Assembly: GCA_052389535.1 (NCBI GenBank)
Contig: JBQTHU010000061.1
Coordinates: forward strand, 82,537-146,536
DNA length: 64,000 nucleotides
Direction of reading: 5' to 3'
Origin: Betaproteobacteria bacterium
GTDB lineage: Bacteria > Pseudomonadota > Gammaproteobacteria > Burkholderiales > SG8-41
This document shows, piece by piece, positions 51,150 to 62,576 of the stretch. A program made the position numbers and the translations under genes. Each line of letters begins with the position of its first letter. The first letter of the stretch is position 1. The notes below the pieces were generated by a model. It made no database searches, had not been told where the DNA came from, and saw only the letters and a program-made list of their open reading frames with translations.

Positions 51150-52343
51150 ATGCTGCCTCTGACCGGCGTGCGGGTGCTCGCCTTCGAGCAGTACGGCGCC
51201 GGCCCGTTCGGGACGCTCTATCTCGCGGACCTCGGCGCGGAAGTGATCAAGATCGAGAATCCCGCAGACGGCGGCGACATGTCGCGCGCGGTCGGACCGC
51301 ATTTCTTCGCCCCCGGCGACAGCCAGTTCTTCCACAGCTTCAACCGCAACAAGCGCAGCATCACGCTCGACCTCGCGGTGCCCGAGGCGCGCGCCGTGCT
51401 GCACGATCTCGTGCGCGGCGCGGACGCCGTCGCCTGCAATCTGCGCGGCGACGTGCCGGCGAAGCTCGGACTGACCTATGCGGATCTGAAAGCTCACAAC
51501 CCGAAAATCGTCTGCGCGTTCCTGTCCGCCTACGGCCGGGAGGGGCCGCGCGCGGCGTGGCCCGGCTTCGATTACCTCATGCAGGCGGAGGCGGGCTATT
51601 TTTCGCTCACGGGCGAGCCCGGCGGGCCGCCGAGCCGCTTCGGGCTCTCCGTCGTCGATCTCATGAGCGGGCTCGCCATGGCCTACGGCCTCGTGTCGGC
51701 ACTCCTCGCCGCGCGCGCGGGCGGCGTCGGCCGCGACGTGGACGTGAGCCTGTTCGACGTGGCGCTGTTCAATCTCAACTATCTCGCCACGTGGTATCTC
51801 AACGCGGGGCTTCGCCAGGACAGGCTGGAGCGCTCGGCGCATCCGTCGCTGACGCCGTGCCAGCTCTATCGCACCGCCGACGGCTGGATCTACATCATGT
51901 GCAACAAGGAAAAATTCTGGCCGGCGCTGTGCCGCGCGCTCGATCGCCCGGAGTGGGGGGATGATCCGCGCTTTCGCACCTTCGCCGACCGCCTCGCCAA
52001 CCGGCCGCTGGTCAACGAAAAAGTCGAAGCGGAACTCGTGAAGCGCAAGACGGCCGAGTGGCTGGCGGTGTTCGCCGGCGCCGTGCCCGCCGCGCCCGTG
52101 CTCGACGTCGCGCAGGCGCTCGAGAATCCATTCGTCACCGGGCACGACCGGATTTTCAGCGTGCCGCACGCCGGCGCGGCCGATGGAAACTACCGCATGG
52201 TTGCGCCGCCGCTACGTTTTGCTGCCGACAGCGCGCCGCAGCGCCCGGCGCCGGACCTGGGCGCCGATACGCAGGCGGTGCTGCAGGAGCTGGGTTACGA
52301 CGCGGGCCGCATCGCGCGCCTCAAGGCGGCGGGCGCGATCTGA
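51150..52343 (+). CDS. CaiB/BaiF family III CoA-transferase
   Basis: GAGPF, DLGAEVIKIE, NRNKRSITLDL, GFDYLMQA, PDLGADT. Confidence 0.94.
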   Translation: MLPLTGVRVLAFEQYGAGPFGTLYLADLGAEVIKIENPADGGDMSRAVGPHFFAPGDSQFFHSFNRNKRSITLDLAVPEARAVLHDLVRGADAVACNLRGDVPAKLGLTYADLKAHNPKIVCAFLSAYGREGPRAAWPGFDYLMQAEAGYFSLTGEPGGPPSRFGLSVVDLMSGLAMAYGLVSALLAARAGGVGRDVDVSLFDVALFNLNYLATWYLNAGLRQDRLERSAHPSLTPCQLYRTADGWIYIMCNKEKFWPALCRALDRPEWGDDPRFRTFADRLANRPLVNEKVEAELVKRKTAEWLAVFAGAVPAAPVLDVAQALENPFVTGHDRIFSVPHAGAADGNYRMVAPPLRFAADSAPQRPAPDLGADTQAVLQELGYDAGRIARLKAAGAI

Positions 52344-52374
52344 ATCGCTGTACGCGGATTAACGCCTTCACACC

Positions 52375-53187
52375 TTATTCCGCGCCGGGCGCCGGCGTGC
52401 CTTCCGCAGCGACCGCGGCCTCGGCCTCGGTCCGGGGCGGCACGCCGCTGGTGCGCGCGGCGACCACCATTTCCGTCAGCCATCTGAGCAGCAACGCCGT
52501 GTATCCGCGCTGGGCGGGCTCGGTGGAAAGGCCATGGTCCGCGTCGTCGATGACGCGCGTGGTGAGCGAGCGCACGTTGCAGAGCGACGCCATGTAATTG
52601 CGGACCACCGCGCGCGGGATGATCGCGTCGTATTGCGACTCCACGATCAGCACGTCGCCGGCGAAACTCGCGCACGCGGCGAGCGCCCGGTTCTGATCCC
52701 AGGGCACGCTGCGCCGGCGGTACGCCGGCAGATCGGGGTCGACGTGGCAATGGCGCTTGGGCTTGTCCCAGTCGGCGTCCTTGTAGAGCGCCGGGGCCCG
52801 CAGCGCCAGCCACGATACCGGCCGCTGCGTCGTGAGTAGCGTTGCAAGGTAACCGCCGTAGCTGCTGCCCACCACCGCGATCGCGTCGGGATCGACACCG
52901 GGCTGATGGACGAGTGCGTCATAGGCGGCGAGCAGATCGCGCAGGTTGTCTTCCCGCGTCACCGTCTCGCGGTCGCGCTCGGTGGCGACGTGACCGCGCA
53001 GATCGAACGTCATGCAGACGCATCCCAGGCCCGCCGCTTCGCGCGCCCGCACGAGATCCTGCTCCTGGCTGCCGCCCCAGCCGTGCACGAACAACACGCC
53101 CGGTATGCGGGCCGCGGGCGCCAGCAGCGTCGCGGCCAGCCGCTGTGCTTCGACCGCGACCTCGATCTTCTCAATGCGCGTCCGCAT
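52375..53187 (-). CDS. Alpha/beta fold serine hydrolase (S9-like)
   Basis: FVHGWGG, FDLRGH, GSSYG nucleophile, D.II, ADHGL. Confidence 0.88.
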   Translation of the reverse strand: MRTRIEKIEVAVEAQRLAATLLAPAARIPGVLFVHGWGGSQEQDLVRAREAAGLGCVCMTFDLRGHVATERDRETVTREDNLRDLLAAYDALVHQPGVDPDAIAVVGSSYGGYLATLLTTQRPVSWLALRAPALYKDADWDKPKRHCHVDPDLPAYRRRSVPWDQNRALAACASFAGDVLIVESQYDAIIPRAVVRNYMASLCNVRSLTTRVIDDADHGLSTEPAQRGYTALLLRWLTEMVVAARTSGVPPRTEAEAAVAAEGTPAPGAE

Positions 53188-54301
53188 AGGGCTCGACCAG
53201 CGCGTATTTCGCGATCCGGCCGGTATGCTCGTCCTCGCCGTTGAACTGGACGATGGCGCGCGGGGGAATCTCCGCCGCGCCGTAAATCTCCACGGTGGAC
53301 GCGTGCACCGCGCGCACCTCGGGCTCCTTGCGGAAGACTTCAAGCGCCGCCACCTCCGCCGCGCTGGCGCCACCGATCCGCCACGACTGCTCCAGCACGC
53401 CGGAGCAGCGCTTGCCCTCGCTGTTGTAGCCCTGTGCGACGTCGTAATTGCGGCGTGAGGCGATGAAGCCGGGAAATTCGCCAAACGCCGCGGCGTCGTA
53501 TTTGCGCGCCTGCTCCACTGCGAGCCGCGCTTCGGGCGTAAGCTCCACGTCCTGCAGGGCCTCGAATCCGCCGCGCACGACGAGGAGATCGGAGCCCCCG
53601 TACACCTCGAGGCCCTGCGCGTTCGGCGTCGTGCGCTGCGTGCCGCAGTAGCTCCCCTTGAGGCCTGCCACGCGCACCTGTCCGACGCTGTAGGTGATGA
53701 CGTAATCGAGGTTCCACTCGGCCACGATGCCGTCCCGGCGCAGCGCGTCGGCACCGATGCGCTCCAGCAACTCGTCGAGTTCCTCCAGGGATGCAACCAC
53801 CTCCTGGCCCATGCCGCCGATGCCGCGCGCAAGCTTGACGCGCGCCGTGCCGCGCTCCAGCACCCTCTGCGCCGCCACCCTCGCGTCCCGGGCGGTGAAT
53901 GCGGAGTATCCCGGAAAGACGGCATCTCTCACGCGCGTTGCAAAGGTGTCCGACCATCCCTCCGGTGCGAACGCGTCCGGCGAAACGAGCGAGTGCGTGA
54001 TGGCCTTCGTTGCGATGAACGGATGAGGCACCACGCCGCCGAAGATGTCAGAATCGTCCGCGATGCCCAGCTCGCGCGCTCGTTCCACCCCGACCAGCGT
54101 GTCGTTGGGCACGAAATAGAGCTTCCCGCCGTACCGTGCTCCGGGGTCGTACTCCCCGCCGTATTGATATCGCTTCAGCGCCGCGAGTCTCTGCGCAACC
54201 CAGGTGCGGCTCGCGCGCTCGTGGCTGCGTTCCGTCGCGGTCGGGGTATCGGTGTAGCGCACCACCGTGCCGCGTGCTTTTTCCGGCGAGATATTCTGCA
54301 A
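53171..54301 (-). CDS. DUF3182 family protein (ATP-grasp-like); start uncertain
   Basis: YFVPNDTL, FGGVVPHPFIATKAITH, RVK...G.GG.GQ, TYSVGQV, YGGSDL, SRRNYDVAQG, VLEQSWRIGGAS. Confidence 0.8.
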   Translation of the reverse strand: MQNISPEKARGTVVRYTDTPTATERSHERASRTWVAQRLAALKRYQYGGEYDPGARYGGKLYFVPNDTLVGVERARELGIADDSDIFGGVVPHPFIATKAITHSLVSPDAFAPEGWSDTFATRVRDAVFPGYSAFTARDARVAAQRVLERGTARVKLARGIGGMGQEVVASLEELDELLERIGADALRRDGIVAEWNLDYVITYSVGQVRVAGLKGSYCGTQRTTPNAQGLEVYGGSDLLVVRGGFEALQDVELTPEARLAVEQARKYDAAAFGEFPGFIASRRNYDVAQGYNSEGKRCSGVLEQSWRIGGASAAEVAALEVFRKEPEVRAVHASTVEIYGAAEIPPRAIVQFNGEDEHTGRIAKYALVEPYADAH

Positions 54302-54621
54302 AGACCCTCCGTCGTTGTCGGGCGTGGCCCACCTCTTTCTGACAACCAAACAACGGCGAATTCCCGGCCCGGCGACTTTCCGGGGCGGCCCTGTCGCAAC
54401 ATGGCGACGCCTGGACTTACGCGCCCGGCATAAGAACTGTCTTGTGATTTGCGGTCTAACCGTGGTGCAGGGTGCGGACCGAGGTCGGCCCATGCCTGCA
54501 ACATGATGAAAGCCCGGCGGAGCCGGGCCGTACTGGGGGATTTTAAGTTGCGCCGCCGCAGGCCGTGCCGGCAGGCCTCATCGAGGGATGCACGATAGCA
54601 ACAAAGTAAAGGAGCATTTCT

Positions 54622-54780
54622 ATGTCGGTCGGAACACTTCTGTTGATCGTTTTGATCGTAGTGCTGATCGCTGCGCTGCCGGCGTGGCCCTACAGCACTT
54701 CCTGGGGATACGGGCCCAGCGGTATCGCCGGCCTCATTGCGCTGGTGCTGCTGATTCTGCTTCTGACCGGACGGCTGTAG
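54622..54780 (+). CDS. DUF3309 family small membrane protein (52 aa; below the ORF-track cutoff)
   Basis: AAAGGAG RBS; MSVGTLLLIVLIVVLIAALPAWPYSTSWGYGPSGIAGLIALVLLILLLTGRL. Confidence 0.88.
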   Translation: MSVGTLLLIVLIVVLIAALPAWPYSTSWGYGPSGIAGLIALVLLILLLTGRL

Positions 54781-54797
54781 CGGGCGAGGACATCATC

Positions 54798-54938
54798 ATG
54801 CAACCCATCGGAGCGCGTGGCGCGGCGGGGCACTCGCGCCTGTACGAGCGCGGCAAGATCGGCTACATCCTGCTGTGGCTCATCGGCGTGCCGATCCCCG
54901 TGCTGTTCCTGATCTATCTGCTGCGCGGGTGCACCTGA
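54798..54938 (+). CDS. Small single-TM protein (46 aa)
   Basis: GAGGA RBS; ...ERGKIGYILLWLIGVPIPVLFLIYLLRGCT. Confidence 0.7.
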   Translation: MQPIGARGAAGHSRLYERGKIGYILLWLIGVPIPVLFLIYLLRGCT

Positions 54939-54986
54939 CGATTCGAGGATGAGGCCCGCGCCGGGCGGGAGCCGTCCCGGTGTGCG

Positions 54987-56873
54987 TCAGGCGGCCAGTG
55001 CTATCGGCGCCACGCCGAGCGCATCCGCGTCGCCCGGCTCGGCAGGCGTCTCCAGGCAATTCACGACCATTTCGCCGCTGACAGTCTCGTGCTCGAGAAG
55101 CGCTGTCGCGAGGCGTTCCAGCGCAACGCGTTGCCGGGTCAGCAGCAGATCGCACTCGCGTTCGAGGTCCTTGACGATCGCGCGCGCTTCCGCAACCACT
55201 TCCGGGCATTCCGACAGGCGCCGTTCGCGGTCCGGCAGCCCCGCGTAGCTGAACGGCCCGATGCGCCTGCTGAAGCCGAACTCGGCGACCATGCGATAAG
55301 CCATGCTCGACACCCGCTCGAGGTCGTTGGCGGCGCCGGTGGAGATCGAGCCGAGCAGCAGCGACTCGGCGCCGCGACCGGCGAGCAGCATGAGCATCCG
55401 CGCGCGCCACTGTGTCTCGCTTTGCAGCACCACGTCCTCGTCGTCGGTCACCAGCGTTACACCGAGCGCGTGGCCGCGCTTCAGTATGCTTACTTTTTCC
55501 ACGATGCCGACCTGCAGCAACTTTGCGGCGATGGCGTGGCCCGCCTCGTGCACGGCGATGCGATGGCGCTCTTCAGGATTCATGGCGCACTGGCCCACCG
55601 CCGCCGGCCCGCCCATCAACTGCTGCTCCAGTACGCGCTCGAAATGCATCTGCGTTACCGCGGGTGCGGCCTCCTTGGCGGCGAGGAGCGCGGCGGCATT
55701 CACGGCGTTCGCAATTGAGGCCGGCGACAACCCGCTCGCCAGGCGAGCCAGCGGCCTGAAATCGGTTTCTCCGTTGGTGCGCAGGCGCCGCGCGTAAAGC
55801 TCGAACAGCGCCGCGCGTTCCTCGACGTTGGGCAGCCCCACCGTGCAGGTGCGGTCAAAACGGCCGGGACGGATCAAAGCCGGATCGAGATTGCGCAGGT
55901 TATTGGTCGCGCCCAGCACGACGATGCCGGAGTTGGCGGTGAAGCCGTCGAGTTCGACCAGCAGCGTGTTGATGATGCGGTTGTTCTCGGTCTCGGCGGC
56001 GGAACTCGCACCGGAGCGCTTGCCGAGGCCGTCGATCTCGTCGATGAAGACGACGCACGGCGCGAGCTTGCGCGCCAGCGCGAACAGCTTCTTCACCCGC
56101 CGCACGCCCACGCCCAGGAACATGTCGCTGAAATCGCTGCCTGCGAGCGCGATGAACGGCACGCCCGCCTCACCGGCCACCGCTCGCGCGAGCAGCGTCT
56201 TGCCGGCCCCGGCGTGACCTTCGAGCACGACGCCTTTGGGCGGCATCGCGCCCAGCTCCGCGAATTTCTGCGGGTCCTTGAGGTAGGCCACGAGGTCCTG
56301 CAGCGCCTCCTTTGCTTCTTCGATGCCGATCACGTCGCCGAACCGCGTGTCCGGCCGGCGCGCCGTCTTGAACAGGCCGCTGCGCATCGGGTTCATCATG
56401 AAAATCAGCAGGCCGAGAACGAGCAGCGTGCCGATCAGCGACACCATGTTGGGGTTGTCGAGGCGGCGCGCAAAGGCGGCGAGCGGCGGCGCCGGAGGAT
56501 GGACATCCCCGAGAGAGAATACCGCCGCCTCGCCCCCGGACACGCCGTCTTTCAGGATCTGCGCCAGCAGCGCGCGTTGCTGATCGATGCGCACGTAATA
56601 GCGCGTGCCGTCGTTGCGCTCCACCAGCGCGTAGTCGGCGGAAAGCCCGATGCCCTGCGCGGTGCCGCTCTGCGCATCCTGCGCGAGCGCGGTGATGCCG
56701 CGCTCCACCGCGAAGTACTGCGCCGACTCGCGCTCCATGGCGACGGCCTGCGGATTTCGCCCGCGCTGCGGGGCATGAATGGTGAACCAGACGAGCGCAA
56801 AGCAAACGGCGAGCGCCAGCGCGGCGCCGCCCAGCTTCACCGGACGGTTACGCTTGAGTAGCGATCTGAACAA
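54987..56873 (-). CDS. FtsH-like ATP-dependent zinc metalloprotease (divergent paralogue)
   Basis: GGAGG RBS before TTG 56873; two TM segments, Walker A GHAGAGKT, FIDEID, ALIRPGRFDR, HEAGH, GAAND. Confidence 0.9.
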   Translation of the reverse strand: MFRSLLKRNRPVKLGGAALALAVCFALVWFTIHAPQRGRNPQAVAMERESAQYFAVERGITALAQDAQSGTAQGIGLSADYALVERNDGTRYYVRIDQQRALLAQILKDGVSGGEAAVFSLGDVHPPAPPLAAFARRLDNPNMVSLIGTLLVLGLLIFMMNPMRSGLFKTARRPDTRFGDVIGIEEAKEALQDLVAYLKDPQKFAELGAMPPKGVVLEGHAGAGKTLLARAVAGEAGVPFIALAGSDFSDMFLGVGVRRVKKLFALARKLAPCVVFIDEIDGLGKRSGASSAAETENNRIINTLLVELDGFTANSGIVVLGATNNLRNLDPALIRPGRFDRTCTVGLPNVEERAALFELYARRLRTNGETDFRPLARLASGLSPASIANAVNAAALLAAKEAAPAVTQMHFERVLEQQLMGGPAAVGQCAMNPEERHRIAVHEAGHAIAAKLLQVGIVEKVSILKRGHALGVTLVTDDEDVVLQSETQWRARMLMLLAGRGAESLLLGSISTGAANDLERVSSMAYRMVAEFGFSRRIGPFSYAGLPDRERRLSECPEVVAEARAIVKDLERECDLLLTRQRVALERLATALLEHETVSGEMVVNCLETPAEPGDADALGVAPIALAA

Positions 56874-57081
56874 GTGACCCTCCCATAGTTCAACGTTGCT
56901 GCGATTGCTGCACAAGAATGGTCCGGCGCGCGTGACGCGGCGCCTGCCGTTCTTCTCATTGCCGAGATGTTTTGACTGCGGCCGCTGCGGGCGCGGCTTG
57001 GTGTTATGCGAACAACTGCGAAGCGCGAGGTTACCCCTGTGAATCCGCTCGCGCGACGGACGTTATGGTAACCGCAATCCG

Positions 57082-57112
57082 CGCGCGGCGAGAAGCGTTT
57101 TCTCGCCGCGCG
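57082..57112. other. Perfect 13-bp stem-loop downstream of the thioredoxin gene
   Basis: CGCGCGGCGAGAA-gcgtt-TTCTCGCCGCGCG; no U-tract on either side. Confidence 0.6.
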
Positions 57113-57155
57113 GAACTGCGTTTACGGCATCGTCCCGGAGTGTCGCCAAACGGCG

Positions 57156-57614
57156 TCACTTCGGATAGCGCTCGAGATGCGCCTGCCAGGTCGTCTTGAG
57201 ATAGAGCCGCTTTGCAACAAACTCGTGCAGGGCCTTCGCCTCGCGCGGATTCCTGAATCCGCGCATCTCCAGGACCTTCTTGCCCTGGTCGTCCAGAAAC
57301 ACGAATACCGGCGTGTATTTGAACGAGGTCAACCGTCCCAGCGGGTCGCTCGGCGAATACTGGCCGGGCGTCTCCGCCTCGAAGACCACGAAATCCCTGG
57401 AGTAAAGGTCCTTAAGCTCCCCGCCGGAGAGCTCGCCGGTGATGTACCGGCAGGCGCCTCAGTACTCCGAGGTATAGAAGACGAGGACGTGTCGCGCGCC
57501 CTGTTTCGCCGTCGTCTGCGCCTTCTGCAGGGAATCCACGGCGTAGGGTACGCCCTTCGCTTGCGCCAGCGCGCTCGCAAGACAAAGCGCGATCAGAACT
57601 GCCAGTCGTTTCAT
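57156..57614 (-). CDS. Exported thioredoxin-fold (SoxW/Thioredoxin_2-like) protein, probable selenoprotein with U52-G-A-C55 (152 aa)
   Basis: AGGAGG RBS, signal peptide, in-frame TGA at 57459-57461 in VFYTSEY*GAC, same-frame continuation to the cis-Pro motif YTPVFVFLD..GK. Confidence 0.82.
57414..57451 (-). promoter_or_regulatory. Candidate bacterial SECIS hairpin(s) directly 3' of the UGA
   Basis: GCCGGU-acauc-ACCGGC (+8 to +24) and GAGCUCUCC-ggc-GGGGAGCUU (+25 to +45). Confidence 0.5.
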
Positions 57615-57654
57615 GCCGCCTCCTGTGACCGTATACGAGCGTACCGGAAACGCG

Positions 57655-58521
57655 TCATCGCATCTCGCGGTGGACGAAGTCGATGATGCGATCGAGCGCC
57701 GCCATCGCCGCCGGACTGGTCGGGTCGTTGGTGATGAAGGCTTCTCCGACGCCATCGAACAGATGCAGCTCGACCCGTCCGCCGGCCTTGCGATATCCGG
57801 CGAGGAAACGCTCGCGGTCGGGCACGGGATGCGCCACGTCGGCCTTACCCTGGATGTAAATGGTGGGCGGAGTCCTCACCGGCTCGCCGCGCTCCAGCGC
57901 CCGCGTCGGGCTGCCTTCCGACATCGCGTCCTCGCTCGCCCAGTATTCGTTGTGACACTTGATCCATTCCTGTGCCTGCTTCGCGAGCGGGCCGTCCTTT
58001 TCCTTGTGCGCATACTCGTAGCGCCCCAGGGGGTCGATCACGGGCCAGCACAGCACCACGCAGCGCACCGAGGCGTCGATCTTCTCGTTGCCGGGCAGCG
58101 GCACGGCGTTGTAACGCGGCTCGTCCGGGCGCATCGCGACGATCATCGCCTGATGTCCGCCGCTGGACACGCCCAGGATACCGATGCGGTCGGGACTCGC
58201 GCCGAACTGCTTTGCGCGCGCCTTGCACCAGCGAATCGCGTAATTGACGTCGGCGATCGAAGCGGGGTAGCGGCCTTCCGCACCCATCCGGAAATCGAGC
58301 GCAACCACCACGACCCCGCTCGTCGCGAGGGGTTCGTCGGTGCCTGCATCGCTCGTGCGGTCCTTCTTGCACCAGGCGCCGCCGTGGACGTCGATGACGA
58401 GCGGGAACGGGCCGGTGCCGCGCGGCTTGTAGACTCGCGCGAGCAGCGGCTTGTCGCCGTGCCGCAGGTATTCGATGTCCTCGACGTCGATCTCGTAGCG
58501 CGACATGACGGCTGTATTCAT
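57655..58521 (-). CDS. Alpha/beta hydrolase (HSL/BD-FAE-like esterase)
   Basis: HGGAW oxyanion motif, GVSSGG nucleophile, QGKAD; catalytic His not obvious (GVGEAF). Confidence 0.85.
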   Translation of the reverse strand: MNTAVMSRYEIDVEDIEYLRHGDKPLLARVYKPRGTGPFPLVIDVHGGAWCKKDRTSDAGTDEPLATSGVVVVALDFRMGAEGRYPASIADVNYAIRWCKARAKQFGASPDRIGILGVSSGGHQAMIVAMRPDEPRYNAVPLPGNEKIDASVRCVVLCWPVIDPLGRYEYAHKEKDGPLAKQAQEWIKCHNEYWASEDAMSEGSPTRALERGEPVRTPPTIYIQGKADVAHPVPDRERFLAGYRKAGGRVELHLFDGVGEAFITNDPTSPAAMAALDRIIDFVHREMR

Positions 58522-58547
58522 CTAACGCTCCTTTCCGGTAAATGTCT

Positions 58548-59510
58548 TCACTGTCCGCGGATACCCGCCTGCTTGATCACGCGGCTCCACTGCTCGTGCT
58601 CGGCCCGGATGTGCGCCGCAAAAGCCGCCGGCGAGGTCGTGACCGCTTCCGAGCCTTCCGCGACCAGCCGTTTCACGACATCCGGCGATCGCATCGCCTT
58701 CGTCGTTTCGTTGCTCACGCGCTCGGCGACGATTTTCGGCGTCTTCGCCGGCGCGATCAACCCGTACCAGTTCACCACTTCCACCGGCACGCCGGCCTCC
58801 TTCAAGGTCGGGACGTTCGGCATCGCCGGCGCGCGCTTCCCCGGGGTCACCGCGAGCGCCCGCAGGCGACCGGCGGTTACGTGGGGCAGGGACGAAATGA
58901 TAGTGGCAAACGACAGTTCGATGCGACCCCCGACGAGATCGGCGTAGGCGGCGCCCATGCCCTTGAACGGGACATGGATCATGCGCGTCCCGGTCGCGAC
59001 CTGGAAGAGTTCCGTGCTCATGTGGATCGGGCTGCCGATGCCGGAGGAGGCGTAGTTGAGCTTGCCGGGATGGGCGCGGACGTACTGGACCAACTCGGAG
59101 ACCGACTTCGCCGGAATGGAAGGATGCACGACCAGCGCATAACCCTGTGCGGTAACCTGGGTCACGGGCGTGAAATCGCGGACGATGTCGTAGCGCGACT
59201 TGTAGAGGATCGGGTGCACCACGGTCGTTGCGCTGATCATCGTCAGCGTGTGGCCGTCCGGCGCCGCTCCGGCCAGGATATCGAGCGCCACCAGGCTGCC
59301 GGCGCCGGGCCGGTTGTCCACCACTACACTCTGGCCGAGGCTGTCGGCGAGCTTGAGCGCCAGCCCGCGCGTGACGGTATCCATGCCGCCGCCCGCCGCA
59401 AGCGGAACGAGGATGCGCACCGGGCGTGCCGGGTAGCTCTGAGCCTGAACGCATGCCGTCACCAGCGCACCGGCGATCAGCAGGCTGCCCGCCACGATCG
59501 AAAACTTCAT
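58548..59510 (-). CDS. Bug/TctC substrate-binding protein
   Basis: Signal peptide, YPARPVRILVP.AAGG..D, DNRPGAG, PDGHT, HVPFKG. Confidence 0.93.
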   Translation of the reverse strand: MKFSIVAGSLLIAGALVTACVQAQSYPARPVRILVPLAAGGGMDTVTRGLALKLADSLGQSVVVDNRPGAGSLVALDILAGAAPDGHTLTMISATTVVHPILYKSRYDIVRDFTPVTQVTAQGYALVVHPSIPAKSVSELVQYVRAHPGKLNYASSGIGSPIHMSTELFQVATGTRMIHVPFKGMGAAYADLVGGRIELSFATIISSLPHVTAGRLRALAVTPGKRAPAMPNVPTLKEAGVPVEVVNWYGLIAPAKTPKIVAERVSNETTKAMRSPDVVKRLVAEGSEAVTTSPAAFAAHIRAEHEQWSRVIKQAGIRGQ

Positions 59511-59748
59511 GGATTCCTCCTCGGCGTTATGCCCTCTACATGTTTTTGCGTTGTTTTTCCGGGGCTCATGGCGATCGCGACGTAGCATAACGGCGCGGCG
59601 GGTGCATTTCCAGCCCTCGCGCGACGCGAGGGCGCCTGCTCCTCCGCCCGGACCATTGTGCGGGCTGACTGTGCACGTATTTGACTGTTAGCATAACGAT
59701 CCCGCGTGCGGGGACGCGTGTGGGCCATCAATTCCCGGGCAGACCTGA

Positions 59749-62544
<2,796 letters not shown>

Positions 62545-62576
62545 CGCGTCTCAGTAGCGCGCGACACGATTCATCC

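Noticed and set aside
52375..53925. 516-aa hydrolase ORF as one fused protein
   Set aside because: The N-terminal half is an alternative frame of the DUF3182 gene; hydrolase homology starts at ATG 53187
57156..57614. Calling the split thioredoxin a pseudogene or two small genes
   Set aside because: A single in-frame TGA at the catalytic position, with intact RBS, signal peptide and cis-Pro motif, favours selenocysteine recoding. Pseudogene status cannot be fully excluded without finding sel genes.
62545..62576. LexA/SOS box before dinB
   Set aside because: No CTGT-N8-ACAG in the 32-bp spacer
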